Shown here: positions 14,008-25,592 of the stretch, piece by piece
Layout: the number at the start of each line of letters is the position of its first letter
Numbering within the stretch: position 1 is the first letter of the stretch
Origin: Blasia pusilla
Taxonomy: Eukaryota
Assembly: GCA_050084515.1 (NCBI GenBank)
Contig: CM114271.1
Location: forward strand, 21,018,001 to 21,082,000
Reading direction: 5' to 3'
DNA length: 64,000 bases
The notes under the pieces: generated by a model
Databases searched by the model: none
Told to the model about the DNA's origin: nothing
What the model saw: the letters and a program-made list of their open reading frames with translations, nothing else
Translations under genes and position numbers: made by a program

Positions 14008-15542
14008 TCGCAAATCATCTACCAATTTTATTGTGAGTCAACGGGTTATTATAAATTACGCAAATTATATATATTAAGAATATCCAAGTTAGGATTGGGA
14101 AAAAATGGACCAAAATGAGCTAGATTAGGGCCACGAAACTATCATGGGGGACCAAGAAGAGGGCAAAAACCTCTTGGAAAACTCACTAAATATTTTGCAT
14201 AAGGAAAACCACTTGAAAAACTTAACGGAAAATTCATTAGCAAAAGAAGTGTTATCAATGGATTATGTCGATGTTGGAATTTTTTGATATGTGACTATCT
14301 CTTAGATCAACATGTGCCCCCCACCATTTGTGCTTACTTGAGTGTCCCTACGTTTTTCTTAATTTTTGCTAAAATTTACCCTTTTCTTATTGTTCTTGGA
14401 TTTATCTTCTTGCCGCCTTTGCACTAGACACCATAATCTATGTCCCCAGCACTTTGGTATTGCTCCTACATTAGGTTAGCACTAATAAATTCTTTGGAAA
14501 AATAGAGATGCTTCCACACACGACCTTATGAACAAAAAAATTTGAAACTAGCTAAAATGTCTACATTAGGGCTCCCCATTGAGAGGTAATTTGATTGCCC
14601 GCCTACACACGAAAAACTCCCCAATGCCTCACTCATAATTTTCTCATATAAAATCAAAGTATAAATGACACACATCACCAAATATACGTTTAAAAGTAAA
14701 TGTGATCATCAAACCTCCACCAAATCCTAGAGGAAAAAGTGTAAGATTCAATATAAGATAGAAAACTCTTGAGTGTTGTCTCCTCTTTTCATATATTCTT
14801 GGGAAAAGCCAAAAAAATCCTTGCCCCCAAATGTGGCTAGAATTGGTAATCCCTGCACACAAATTCTTGAGTGACTATTGACTAGATCAACATATCACCT
14901 CACCCGAAATCAAAAAACATGGATTAAATTTTCAGGAACATTGATCTTGACGCATCATAAATCTAACTAACCTTATCCTACAAGATTATAGTGGAACATT
15001 CCACTACCTTCCCACATGGTCGCAACTTCGACGTGACATACCATCTATCCTTCCCATCTTGGTTGTTAGTCTCCAACACTTTTAAAACTAAGCCGCTTGT
15101 GCTCCCCATAAGAATAACTTTTTAGACTCCAATTGAGACATCAAGAATGAGTAATACTCAAAGTCCACAAAGCATTAGTAGGCATTTCGCCAAAAGTCTC
15201 CTAAAATAAACACTCATGAATAAAACTTCCAACAAAAATGGACAAGAGTTTTGAAAGACTCACTTCTCACTTCTCCAAGGCAAATCAAAACATAGATGGA
15301 ACAACCATTGACATTGTATTAACTACATGAAAGGGTCGGACACGATCGAAACCTCATACGACTTAGCTTCAATTCCTTAGGGAAAAAAGGAACAAGAGAT
15401 CCCTATCAATAGCGAAGCACATTGGACAAGCCATCACTCTCTAGTGAAAATAAAACTACACACTCCAATTAAGGCCATGGGAACTCAAGAGCATAACACG
15501 ACCAAAACGACCCATGTGCGATAGCCCCGCCCCTATTCCATT

Positions 15543-15600
15543 CTCAACCCAACCCAACTCAACTCAACTCAACTAAACCCAACCCAACTGAACTCAACCA
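15543..15600. repeat. Degenerate (AACYC)n pentanucleotide repeat
   Basis: Consecutive aaccc/aactc units. Confidence 0.8.
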
Positions 15601-18600
15601 AGCTCACATCCATTTCAAGAAGTCTTAGCCTAAAGCGCTCAAACGCTCATGGGATGTACTCAAACCTATGTACGAGCTGAAAAACGAGGTTTTAGGGTGG
15701 GGGTAGGGGCCGCTGCTACCCCACAACTTACCTTCCCTCCATCTTTTTTTCTCCCCCGTCTCCTGACTCGCGTGTATGCACTTGGGGAATCTTTGACCAT
15801 TCGTTAATAATGAGGCTATCTCTCTCTCTGTCTCTACCGCAATCGTAGGCTTTAGATTGTGCCTCGCTCCTCGCTCCTCCATCTCCCTCGACCTAGTTAT
15901 TCTATGTGATTGCTCCCAAAGTCGAGAACGCTAGGTAGGTGCGTTGGTAGTAGGTAGGTACGTACGTACGTAGTAAGCAGGCAGGCGAAGGCAAGGAAGC
16001 TGCAAGAATGCTTGATGGGAATCCGAAAAATACCGGAGGTTTGTGAAAGTCTAGCAGTTATTCGTTCAGCGAGGGGAGGATGGGTGAGTAGAATCCGAGG
16101 AACGCGCTACGCAAAGCTCGCGATGCGAATGCATACGATTTAGGGATTGGATCGCGCTCCCAGCGTAGGGAATTCGCAACGGGACTTTGATGCTCGGTCT
16201 CTGGCTATTGGATGTCTGCGAACTTGTGAAGGAGTGGTGAGTTTCTGTCCAAGATTGATTTCGCGCGCATTGTGCGTGGACTTGAATGAGCAGCGGGCGG
16301 GCGTGCGTGCGTGCGTGCGTGCGTTTGGAAGCATGCGCCGGCTACCTGAGGAGCTTGGATTGGTGTTGCTACAGCAGGCATCCGAGATCCCGTTGATTTC
16401 GACGACGGGGCTGTCCTAAGTTCCCCAGTGAGCTGTGTGGGGTTCGGAGAGCTGTCTGCGCTAAACCAGTTTGAGTGAATAATCCCACCACTCCCGGGAA
16501 ATCCGAGGGTTTGATCCTGTCTTCTTCTTTGTGGCGAATCTAGAGTAGTGAGTGCATGTGGGGATCAGCAGCGGCCGGAATCTAGAGTAGTAGTAGTAGT
16601 AGTAGTGATGGCAGTGCATGTGGGGATCACGAGGGAGAGTCGCGCAGTTTGAAGGGATCGACCACAAGGGACAGATAAAGCAGAGAGTGAGTGAGTGGGC
16701 CTGCGAGCAAGCAACGATCGTACTGTACCTCCTTCTTCCTTCTTTTCTCTCCGGGTCCCCTCCACTCCTCCGGTACTGCTGCTGCTGCTGCTGCTGCATC
16801 TTCTTCTTGCTTATCTTCTGGACTGCTGCCGTACCACAGATCGGCGTCCGCCATCCCCGACTCCCGCGATCGAGGGCCCCCCCTCCCATGGCTCCATAGC
16901 CCGAAGCGACGCCGATCGTCCGAATGTCTCCCTCCTTTCTCCATTCCTACTCCCGACCCCGAATTCGCACTCACTGCTCGCGCGATTCACGGCGTCCGAT
17001 TCCTGTCCGTCGAATATAGTAACTATTTTCTTCTATTTCGAGTTTATGCGCATGAATATTTCATACGAGTAAATTTTGTGTGGTTAAATCATTTTCACTG
17101 GTAAGTTTCTCATTAGAGAATCTATATAAGTGAAAGAGAAGGGGATTAGAAAAAACTCATGGGATGTTAATACTTGCCTTTTCTTGTTTGAACACATGAA
17201 GGGGGGGAGAGGGAAAATGAGGGGGAGAGAGGGAGTTCAGTTAAGTGGAGAGTTAAAATTAAGCGAAGAAGGGAAAGGAGGACCGGATTTTTTAAAAATT
17301 TGAAGATCATCCCAGCTATGATCTTCTAGTCTTTTTGAAACGGAATGGGAGATCTTGTTCCATGTTGTAATGATGATATTATTATATATGATGTTGTGAG
17401 ACGTATAGTTGAATCAATGTTAGAAAGTGGAAAATTTAGGGGCAGAAATGATGGTAAGTGCTGGGCGATGAAAATGATGATAAATGCATGAAAAATTGTG
17501 AAAAAGAGAGGATTAATTCAATTTAGTAATGGAGTTAATTATTTTTAGATATTAGGAAAATATGCCAAACGATTGAAAATAGACACATGTTGTTAACTTA
17601 ACATTACATGTCTTGGAGTAGTAGTTGATAGCATAGATTTAATTAGTGTTCAAGTTTGTTGTCCAAATGTCACATTTTAGTTTAGGAAATATATCCACCT
17701 CTTATTGTACGGAGGGAATTCAATCATGCCATTTTTTTTTCAAATTTCTTTTTACGTATTGATTCACTATGTATGTGATTACTCTAGTGTTATTTGAAAG
17801 AAGAAGTTGGTTTTTTTTCCAAATTGCATGTGTCAAGTTTTGGAGATGGGACAAATAAAGATATCGTTGAAGAATAATTGTCAATAAGACAAAGTGTTCT
17901 TTCACCATCTCAAGTTCATGGAATTTGAGATATTTATTGAGGTTTTTTTAAATTGATGGAAATTTTATTTATTATAATTTATAAATAAATGGTCATATTT
18001 CATTGAAAATTTCATACGTGTATAGTGTATTTTGAAACTTTTTCACCTACTTGTGGAAGCTTGTTATTCCTTATATCTAACAAGAGAATAAAAGATAGCA
18101 TGTGGCTTTATGGTTATCCTATTTGGTTGTGTACTTTTCCTTGATCACACTCATTATATTTGTGGATTCCTTGAATCTCATGTTTTTAATCCTCAATATT
18201 TTTCTTAGACGCTTCCTTCCATGAAAAATATTCAAAATGAAAAATCATCCTTTTCTTGTTAGCTCTTTCCTTCGCGAAGAGAAAGAGATGATGTAAGTGA
18301 TTTTTAAAATTCATGTCGAATAATCTAATTTATATTATTATTGGATAGTGCCTCTTCATTTTGAAATCCCCTCTCTTTTTGACACATGTCTTTTTTAGCC
18401 AATAGAACGCTCGTTATCTAACCTAGTAAAGACGCTCAAATTCAATCGTACATTTAGACGGAATAATCCCAAATTATACATTCGTACACCGCGAGTGCAC
18501 CAACTAATTCACTATATCACTACCAACTATATCACCTCTTACACAAAGGTGTAAGAGGTGATATAGGTTGTTCTTGAAACTCATATCCAAGAGGCATAAT

Positions 18601-20878
18601 ATCATATCATGGAACTTCCAATTTTCTCATATGTCTACCGGATGGGGACAAATGAGCAATTGTTATTCCGTGTGATGGGAAACATACTACAACATGTCAA
18701 AGCTAGAAAGGTGTCTCTTTCTAGGAACAAAATTTGAGCCCTTCTTTCAAATTAATTTTTTCTTGACAATATGAGTAAAAGGTGACTAAACATTACAAAT
18801 TACAAAAGAGACATACCAAATCCCCACTTCTTCTCTCTTCCATCACTTCTATATTAATATGGGGAAAGTGCCCTTATAGGGAGTGCTTTCCCTTATGGTG
18901 ACACATGTCTTTTTCAACTTCTAATTGATTGATAGATGTTGTTCTCCCCATTAACCTCTTTTGAAACCCGCGCCTTTGTCTTCTCGAGCTAATTTTCATT
19001 CACTCGCGCATATACTAATGTATATGCACGAGCTAATACTAATGTACTACGCTTTAGCACTTCATTCACCTCGATACTTTTAGCCATTCATATGGGGACT
19101 TTATGGTAGAATGGTCTCCCTATGGGCAATGCAGTATTAGTCATGCTGCAAAGGTAAAACTACTCCCTAAAAAACTAAAGATCCCTAAAACTTTCCAACT
19201 TCTAGTCCTCTTATCCAACGTCGGCAACAACATACTCCATACGTTCCTTGCATTTTCTTTTTAGAAAACTAAGGCTTGCAGGAAAGGGTAATCGGGAGTC
19301 CATTGAAGTGAAAAAGAAAGGCATCTAAGGAGTCCATAATAACAAAGGCACGCCATATAGGGATGAAAGAAAAAGGCGAATGTCAACATGAGCATGAAGC
19401 ATGACTACAGTAAGAAGGTCTGTAGCACTGGGGTCTTCCATGGCTTGAAAGACCCATCGGCCCACTCCATAGCCTGCGACCTACAAGGATAGTTCCTTAT
19501 AGGCATCAACACAAAAATACTCAACCAAATCGTGAAAGAAACTTATAGCTCTCAAATCAAAGCAAACGACTACTTCTCACGTCCAAAAAAACAACTTCAC
19601 ACATACCATTCCTCGAAGAAACCATCAAACTTCTACTTCTCATATATAACCAAACCACCGGAGCCCATCGGAATGGAGAGAAACACACATCCTCAAAGAA
19701 GATCATGAAAAGTTGTAATTCTCACATCAAACCAGACGCCCATGGGAAGAATATCATCAAACCGGTTCTCACCCTCATGTCAAACCGATCAACCGCAACT
19801 AAAATATCAAACCGATCAACCGCAGATTCCATCGGAACGCCCTCACACATCCTCAAAGAAAACAGCGAAGTTCTGAGTGTCACATGAAACCGAAGAAGTA
19901 CGTACGGAGAGCATTCTAAAAGAGAACACAGCGCCAGAGAAACTCGTCGAAGTTCTTGTTCTCATGTAGAATGGAACGAATCCGTAGGCATTCGAATGGC
20001 GGACACATCTTGAAAGAAACTCCTGAGAGTTGTGATTCTCGCATGAAAGCAAATGGGAGTACGTAGGGAGACCAGTCGAATTGCGGAACGCGTCGCGGGA
20101 GAAACTCTTCAAGTTCTGTAGCATGACGGACAGACAGAGCAAAGTGCCAACGGACAGCAGCGGCGGAGGGAGATGGAATCGGGAGTTCCAATTCCTCGTG
20201 TTCCGGCAGATTCGAGGAAGCGCTTCAAGAGTGATTCACAAATTCCCACTCCCTGACGCAGATTGTTGTGTGCCGGTGACGACAGGTGACATTATTGTGC
20301 GGGCTACTTTACAGACAGTTTCCAAACTGTCGTCAACGTCTGCGCAGTTTCCACCATCGTATAAACCGAGCTTCCCCGGCGCGCGCTAGGCTAGCGCGAT
20401 CTCTTGGAAGCTTTCTAGTTGACTGAATGACTGACTACAGCTTGTGCCGTCGTCTGTCGCATGGGCCCGCGTATTCACTCGAGCCGCTTTCGCAAGGTCC
20501 GTGGACTCGGCACTGGAGCTTCACATGTCATTCGGGAGGAAATGCGCAATTTGCAGCGCTGCTCGGTCGCTCCGCATTGCATTGCGCGCTTTCTGATCTC
20601 ACTCGCTCTGCGTTGAGCGCTTTCCGATCTGACGGGGCGCGACGGATGTCGCAAGAGTCAATGCTGTTGTGAGCGGATTCCTCTAGCGGAGAGGATCCGA
20701 GGGGGATGCCGGCGTATATCGCACGAGTCGAGTTTGTCCGCTTCTTTCGCGAGAGGAGAGGACTTGAAGCAGAGACTTCACGTGCAATTCGGAGCAGTTT
20801 CCACTGTCGCTGTGAGCTTACGAGCGAGCTAAACGCGGTCGGGGGTCAACGATTCGAAACTTTGGGAGTTTTTTAATG

Positions 20879-21290
20879 GAGGAATCAGCAGAGAGCAACA
20901 AATTGGATGTGTCGGAGCTATACGAGGAATTAGCAGGCGGCAAGGAGTTGAAACTGTCTGAGCTTTTACGAGGAATAAGCAGAGCAACAAAGTGGATGTG
21001 TTGGGACTTTTACGAGGAATAAGCAGGCAGCGAAGGGTTGAATATGTCTGAGCTTCTACGAGGAATCTGCAGGGAGCAACGAATTTGAATTGTCTGAACT
21101 TTCACGAGGAATTAGAAGGGAGCAACGAATTTAAATTGCCCGAGTTTCTAATGAGAGATAAGCTGAAGAATTCAAAGTGTCGGAGCTTTCGAAAACGCAT
21201 TAGCAGGGAGCAACGTATCAGAATTGTCCGAGCTTTTAATGAGAAATTTGCAGAGAGCAACAAATTCAAAGTGTCAGAGATTGGAGCTTT
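20879..21290. repeat. Minisatellite, ~45-46-bp unit, about 9 diverged copies
   Basis: Recurring GAGGAAT.AGCAG..AGCAAC.AA.TT.AA.TGTC.GAGCTTTTAC units. Confidence 0.88.
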
Positions 21291-22387
21291 TGAAGAGGCG
21301 TTGCCAGGGGTATTGAAAACCTTCGGAGATTCTAAAGAGCGCTCAGGATTCTTGAGTAACGAATTGAAAGTGTAGGAAATTTTAACCAGGAAACAGGAAT
21401 TCGTCCGGGTTTAATCAAGAAGTTGGCAGTTATACAAAGCCGAACCAACAGAGAGGTGATACTAATACAGGTAAAAATCAGCTCCTCTTGTGCGGATCTG
21501 GGACGTAGGTGATTGGAGGAGCTGTAGGGAGGACCACGGGCAACTGGTGAGTTTTCTTCCTGGAGAAGAGCGCTTTAAGAACGTGATCAGATGATACGAA
21601 GTTTGGGCGGTTTGGAGATTAGCAGGGTTGAATCTCCTGCAAATCTGCGAGGAGAAGCACTCAGAACATCATGAGGAGAATCCCACGTCTTTACATTACA
21701 GTGAGACGTTTGGATTTTGGGATCGAGAATGAGTACGCGGACACGTATATGTACTGAGAATAAGACCCGAAAGATAATGCAGATGAATGCTTGTAACGCT
21801 AGGGGTTGCACCGCCTTATATGTGAAATGGGCGTGCTAGTCACTCTGCTCGTTTGTCTGCAAAAAAGAAATCGATACCATCGACCCTGAGTAGTTGGTGG
21901 TGTCGGGAGGATGCTCTTTCAACTATGGTACGAACTTCAACATCGAGGTCGGAGACAAGTTCGTAGGGGTAGTTCGCATGAATATTGAATCCAAACAAAT
22001 CAAGAAAGTACAGAAGTCGGGATCCTACATTCGAAATTCACATTCGACCCTGCTGCTCTGCATCTAGAGAGAGCACGAGTGCAGAGCTACATCAAGGTAT
22101 GACGCTGTCCTCTTCAATCTAGCTCCCCAGAGGACCACTGTCGTACTGAGCTAAACTACCGCCGCTTATTCACTCATTTCTTCCCATTTGTCCCGATACC
22201 CCACCCCAGCACACGAAGAGCTTCGATTCTTCTAGCAATCCGACGCTAATGACACATTCAAGAAAGGGAGTTGAGAGTGGCCGGGTTAGCACTCCCTGGA
22301 TAGGCACGGGCACAAGGGAGGTTTCAGCGCAGGGCTCAAAGAATCTGTTAAAATTACACTAGTGCCTGAAAGCAATGCATGCCCAAT

Positions 22388-23554
22388 TTACTCGTCGCAA
22401 CCCACACCGAGAATGTTGGAACCATCCTCATGAGGAATGCGGTCTTTGGGAAGTAAGATGCTCCAATTGGGAGAGTGCGCTGCTCGCAACCATCGGAAAT
22501 CGTCCACCTTTCCCCATAGCCCCGTCTCCTCTGCAAGATTGGCAGCCTCCAAATCCTCCTGAATCCCCTGGTATTTGAAAGCATAAGGCGCGAAGCGATT
22601 ATTACTAGTGTACTCCACTATGGGCCTGCTTCGAACGCGTAGATAGAAGTCTGTGGCGCTGGTGGAGTGGATCCTGATCTGATGAGAAGCCAGCACTAGT
22701 ACACTGCTCTGGACATCTTCTATGAACACGGACCCTGTTACAGGACCACAAAAGATCTGGCAATTCCTTAGACGATGTAGAGACAAAGAAGTCAATCTGC
22801 CTCTCAAATAAACTTTGCAGTTGGTCAGATTTGAAAGGGTGAGCTCCCCGCCGAGAAGATCAGCATCTCGTGCAAAAACGGTGTTCTGTTTACCCTGGAT
22901 CCGTTCCCTAGTATTGATTTCTTGACAAGCCTCTGCTGATTCTTCTGTTGACCTTTCCTTGGCCCCCGCCAAAGTGTCCTCTCCATTTTGGACCGAGGAA
23001 GCCACAGCACTACCGCTCTTCTCCGCCCCTGTTGACTCGAGAGATCTCGATACCACTGGCCCTTCCTGAGACTGCTCCGTACCGCCATCACTTGGTTTCT
23101 TTGCCTTGTTCCGGAAAGAGAATTTCTTCTTGGGCAGAAGTTCGGCAGAAGCAATGTCCAATTCATCTTTGAGTTTTAGGATAGCAGTTTGTGACACCCT
23201 AACATCGTAAGCGGGGAGAAAGTATGAAGCATCTGCAACCAGCTTCTCGAGGGCAGTCACTTCCAATGCAAGATTGTCAAAATGTCCTCTCAAGGGGAAG
23301 GGTTCGATCTCCTTTCCACGAGCTGACGCGAGTCCCCTCTCCACAACCTCCCGTTTCTGCGAAAATGCGGACATGAAAACAGCAACAGATTCTCTGGGAT
23401 CCGAAGACGCAGCAGACTGTGATTTGCGTAGGGAGGATTCCTGCAAACGAGTTTGATTAATAAGAGTCAAGCGCTCCAGTCTCTCGGCATGCTTCCTTTC
23501 CAGTAACGCTGCCGGCCCTATCCCTACCTCCCCATCTCCTTCCTCCACCGCCAT
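22388..23554 (-). CDS. TBCC: Tubulin-folding cofactor C (TBCC / PORCINO-like), intronless, 388 aa
   Basis: N-terminal helical segment ending ASYFLPAYDVR...ELLPKKKFSF. C-terminal C-CAP beta-helix with GPVTGSVFIE, LASHQIRIH, DFYLRVRSRPIVE, FAPY and VDDFRWLRAAHSPNW. Confidence 0.96.
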   Translation of the reverse strand: MAVEEGDGEVGIGPAALLERKHAERLERLTLINQTRLQESSLRKSQSAASSDPRESVAVFMSAFSQKREVVERGLASARGKEIEPFPLRGHFDNLALEVTALEKLVADASYFLPAYDVRVSQTAILKLKDELDIASAELLPKKKFSFRNKAKKPSDGGTEQSQEGPVVSRSLESTGAEKSGSAVASSVQNGEDTLAGAKERSTEESAEACQEINTRERIQGKQNTVFARDADLLGGELTLSNLTNCKVYLRGRLTSLSLHRLRNCQIFCGPVTGSVFIEDVQSSVLVLASHQIRIHSTSATDFYLRVRSRPIVEYTSNNRFAPYAFKYQGIQEDLEAANLAEETGLWGKVDDFRWLRAAHSPNWSILLPKDRIPHEDGSNILGVGCDE

Positions 23555-25592
23555 CGCGCTCTTCCACAGCGGTCTCCCTGTCCCGATCTCTGCTTGCCTC
23601 GGACACTTCCCCCTTCTTCAGACACTACTACCACCACAATCGTGCATCGCTCTCGGCATCCTGAACACCTGATCAATCCACTAGTCTCCCCTTCTCTCTC
23701 CCGACTTTCGCAACTCCTCCCAATCCCAATTCAAATCCTCGCGCACAGTCGCATCTTCCTGTCCTTCCAACAGTGCTGCACTGCCTTCTATTCTCGTCTC
23801 CGATATCGCTCCGCCGCAAGCACTAGGGACGCGGTGAACCGCGTCTTGTAGGTGTTGTTATCGAGCACTGGGGAGGAGAATTTCATCGAACCCTCGATTG
23901 CTCAAGTACTGAATGACATTCGATTTCAAAATTAGGGCGACCTAGAACTCCCTATGCTTACAAAACGGTCGTCCTGAAACTGAAACTGAAAGAGCAAGAC
24001 GCTGATCTGCACCCTTCAGATACGGATCGAGTGCCGAAAGACTCTTAGATTCCAGTAGACTTGCAGAGAGGCGAAATCATCATGACGTCCCTTCTCAATC
24101 GCTGCCCCTCAACCCCTTCTCGTAAATACGTGCCCTCTTTCCTTCTTACTCCACACTCCTGTGGCACCCTCGACGCCAATCGCCGTCGTCTTTTCGATCA
24201 TTTGCTCCTACACTATTCCCGCCAAAAGACCATTCTTGCTACGCATAGCCTAACCCAAACTCGGCGAAGGACTACGACACAACCCGAAGTGCCTGGGAAT
24301 CCGAGATTCCGACTTTTTGGGAATCGGGCGAGGATTCAACAGGTGCAGAATCTGGCAGCCTTGAAATCGAAATGGTGGGGTATGTGGATGGATGCAGTGG
24401 ATGATCGATAGGTGGACAACAGGGAGCTCTGCGAGAGGGCCCCTCAAGACGGGACTGTAAAGTGCGCCACGCCAGTCCACTCCACTGCTTCGGCGTTCTG
24501 ACACGTTAAGGTGTCGCAGAGCTTGTTTGCTCTCTGCGCGCTGCTAACTACTTCGCAGAGAAGACGATTCCCCCGTTCGAGGTTACGAACTGAGGAGAGC
24601 ATCGCCCGCTTCTGTCGCGGCACGCAAAAGCCAGAGATCTGCTTCCTGAAGATGCAGGTGCCGATTCACCAACTCATGGCTGGTTTCAGTTCAGATCTGC
24701 AGTCAGGGCTGCTTCCAAAAGTGGAGAGGTTCTCTTGGTATCAGTGCAGGACTGACGGGAACTTTCCTTTCGTCGGTGGAAGCCATTCGGGTATTTTGAG
24801 GCACAGAAAATCAGTGTGAGATTCTAAATTTGAGCCATGCACCATGAGAAGGTGGATTGTCATGGGGGACTAGGAGCTATCAGAGTCCACAGTAATGAAG
24901 CACCACATAGAACCGGGCAGTGTAGGAGAGAGGGGTAGTTACAAAAGGAAGTCTCATTCCAAACCTCCTGATCCTTGATGAGCTCACATTCTCAGCATTC
25001 AGTCCATCGTATTAACTTTTAAATGATACTTGAAGAACCAGTCGCTCAAAATGAAGTGAAACTGAAAGAGCATGGAGAGTGTGAAAACTCCCTTGGACAC
25101 AGAATCATCAACAGGGCACTCGCTCAAGACTGCATCTACATTTCCGGTGGGGCTGCGATACAAGCAGGCCATTGCCATACAGGACTTTGTCCTCGACACT
25201 GCTGGAAGGCATGGCAAATTTTGCTGTATTTATTACTACCACCATGAGAAAGGCCTCAGTTAATTGACTTATCTGCTCCTCGCCAGTCCACACCTGCCAT
25301 GAGAAATGCAGAAGGAGATACAACTGTCCTACTGTCTGCCTTGAAAACTACTGAGTTGACATCCACATGGTTTCAGATGAGTGTGGTTCCAAATCCAGAA
25401 CTGGGACTTTCTTATCTGAGAAACTCCGCGGGCTGAGGCCAACCACAGTTACAATCATGAGCTGATCTAAACCAAACCAGTATACAAAAGGATCACCCGT
25501 AATATTGCTCTCTTAAAAAGACAATTTGTATCCGTCCTCCATCCCCTTTATGAGGATATACTACAATACTAATTGAAAATATCTTACAACGC

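Noticed and set aside
12600-15520. Possible LTR-retrotransposon remnants
   Set aside because: TE-like texture, but no readable pol motifs or paired LTRs.
20879-21290. CRISPR-like array, or the 96-aa ORF 21085..21375 as a repeat protein
   Set aside because: Eukaryotic context, degenerate contiguous units without unique spacers, and unit lengths that do not preserve frame.
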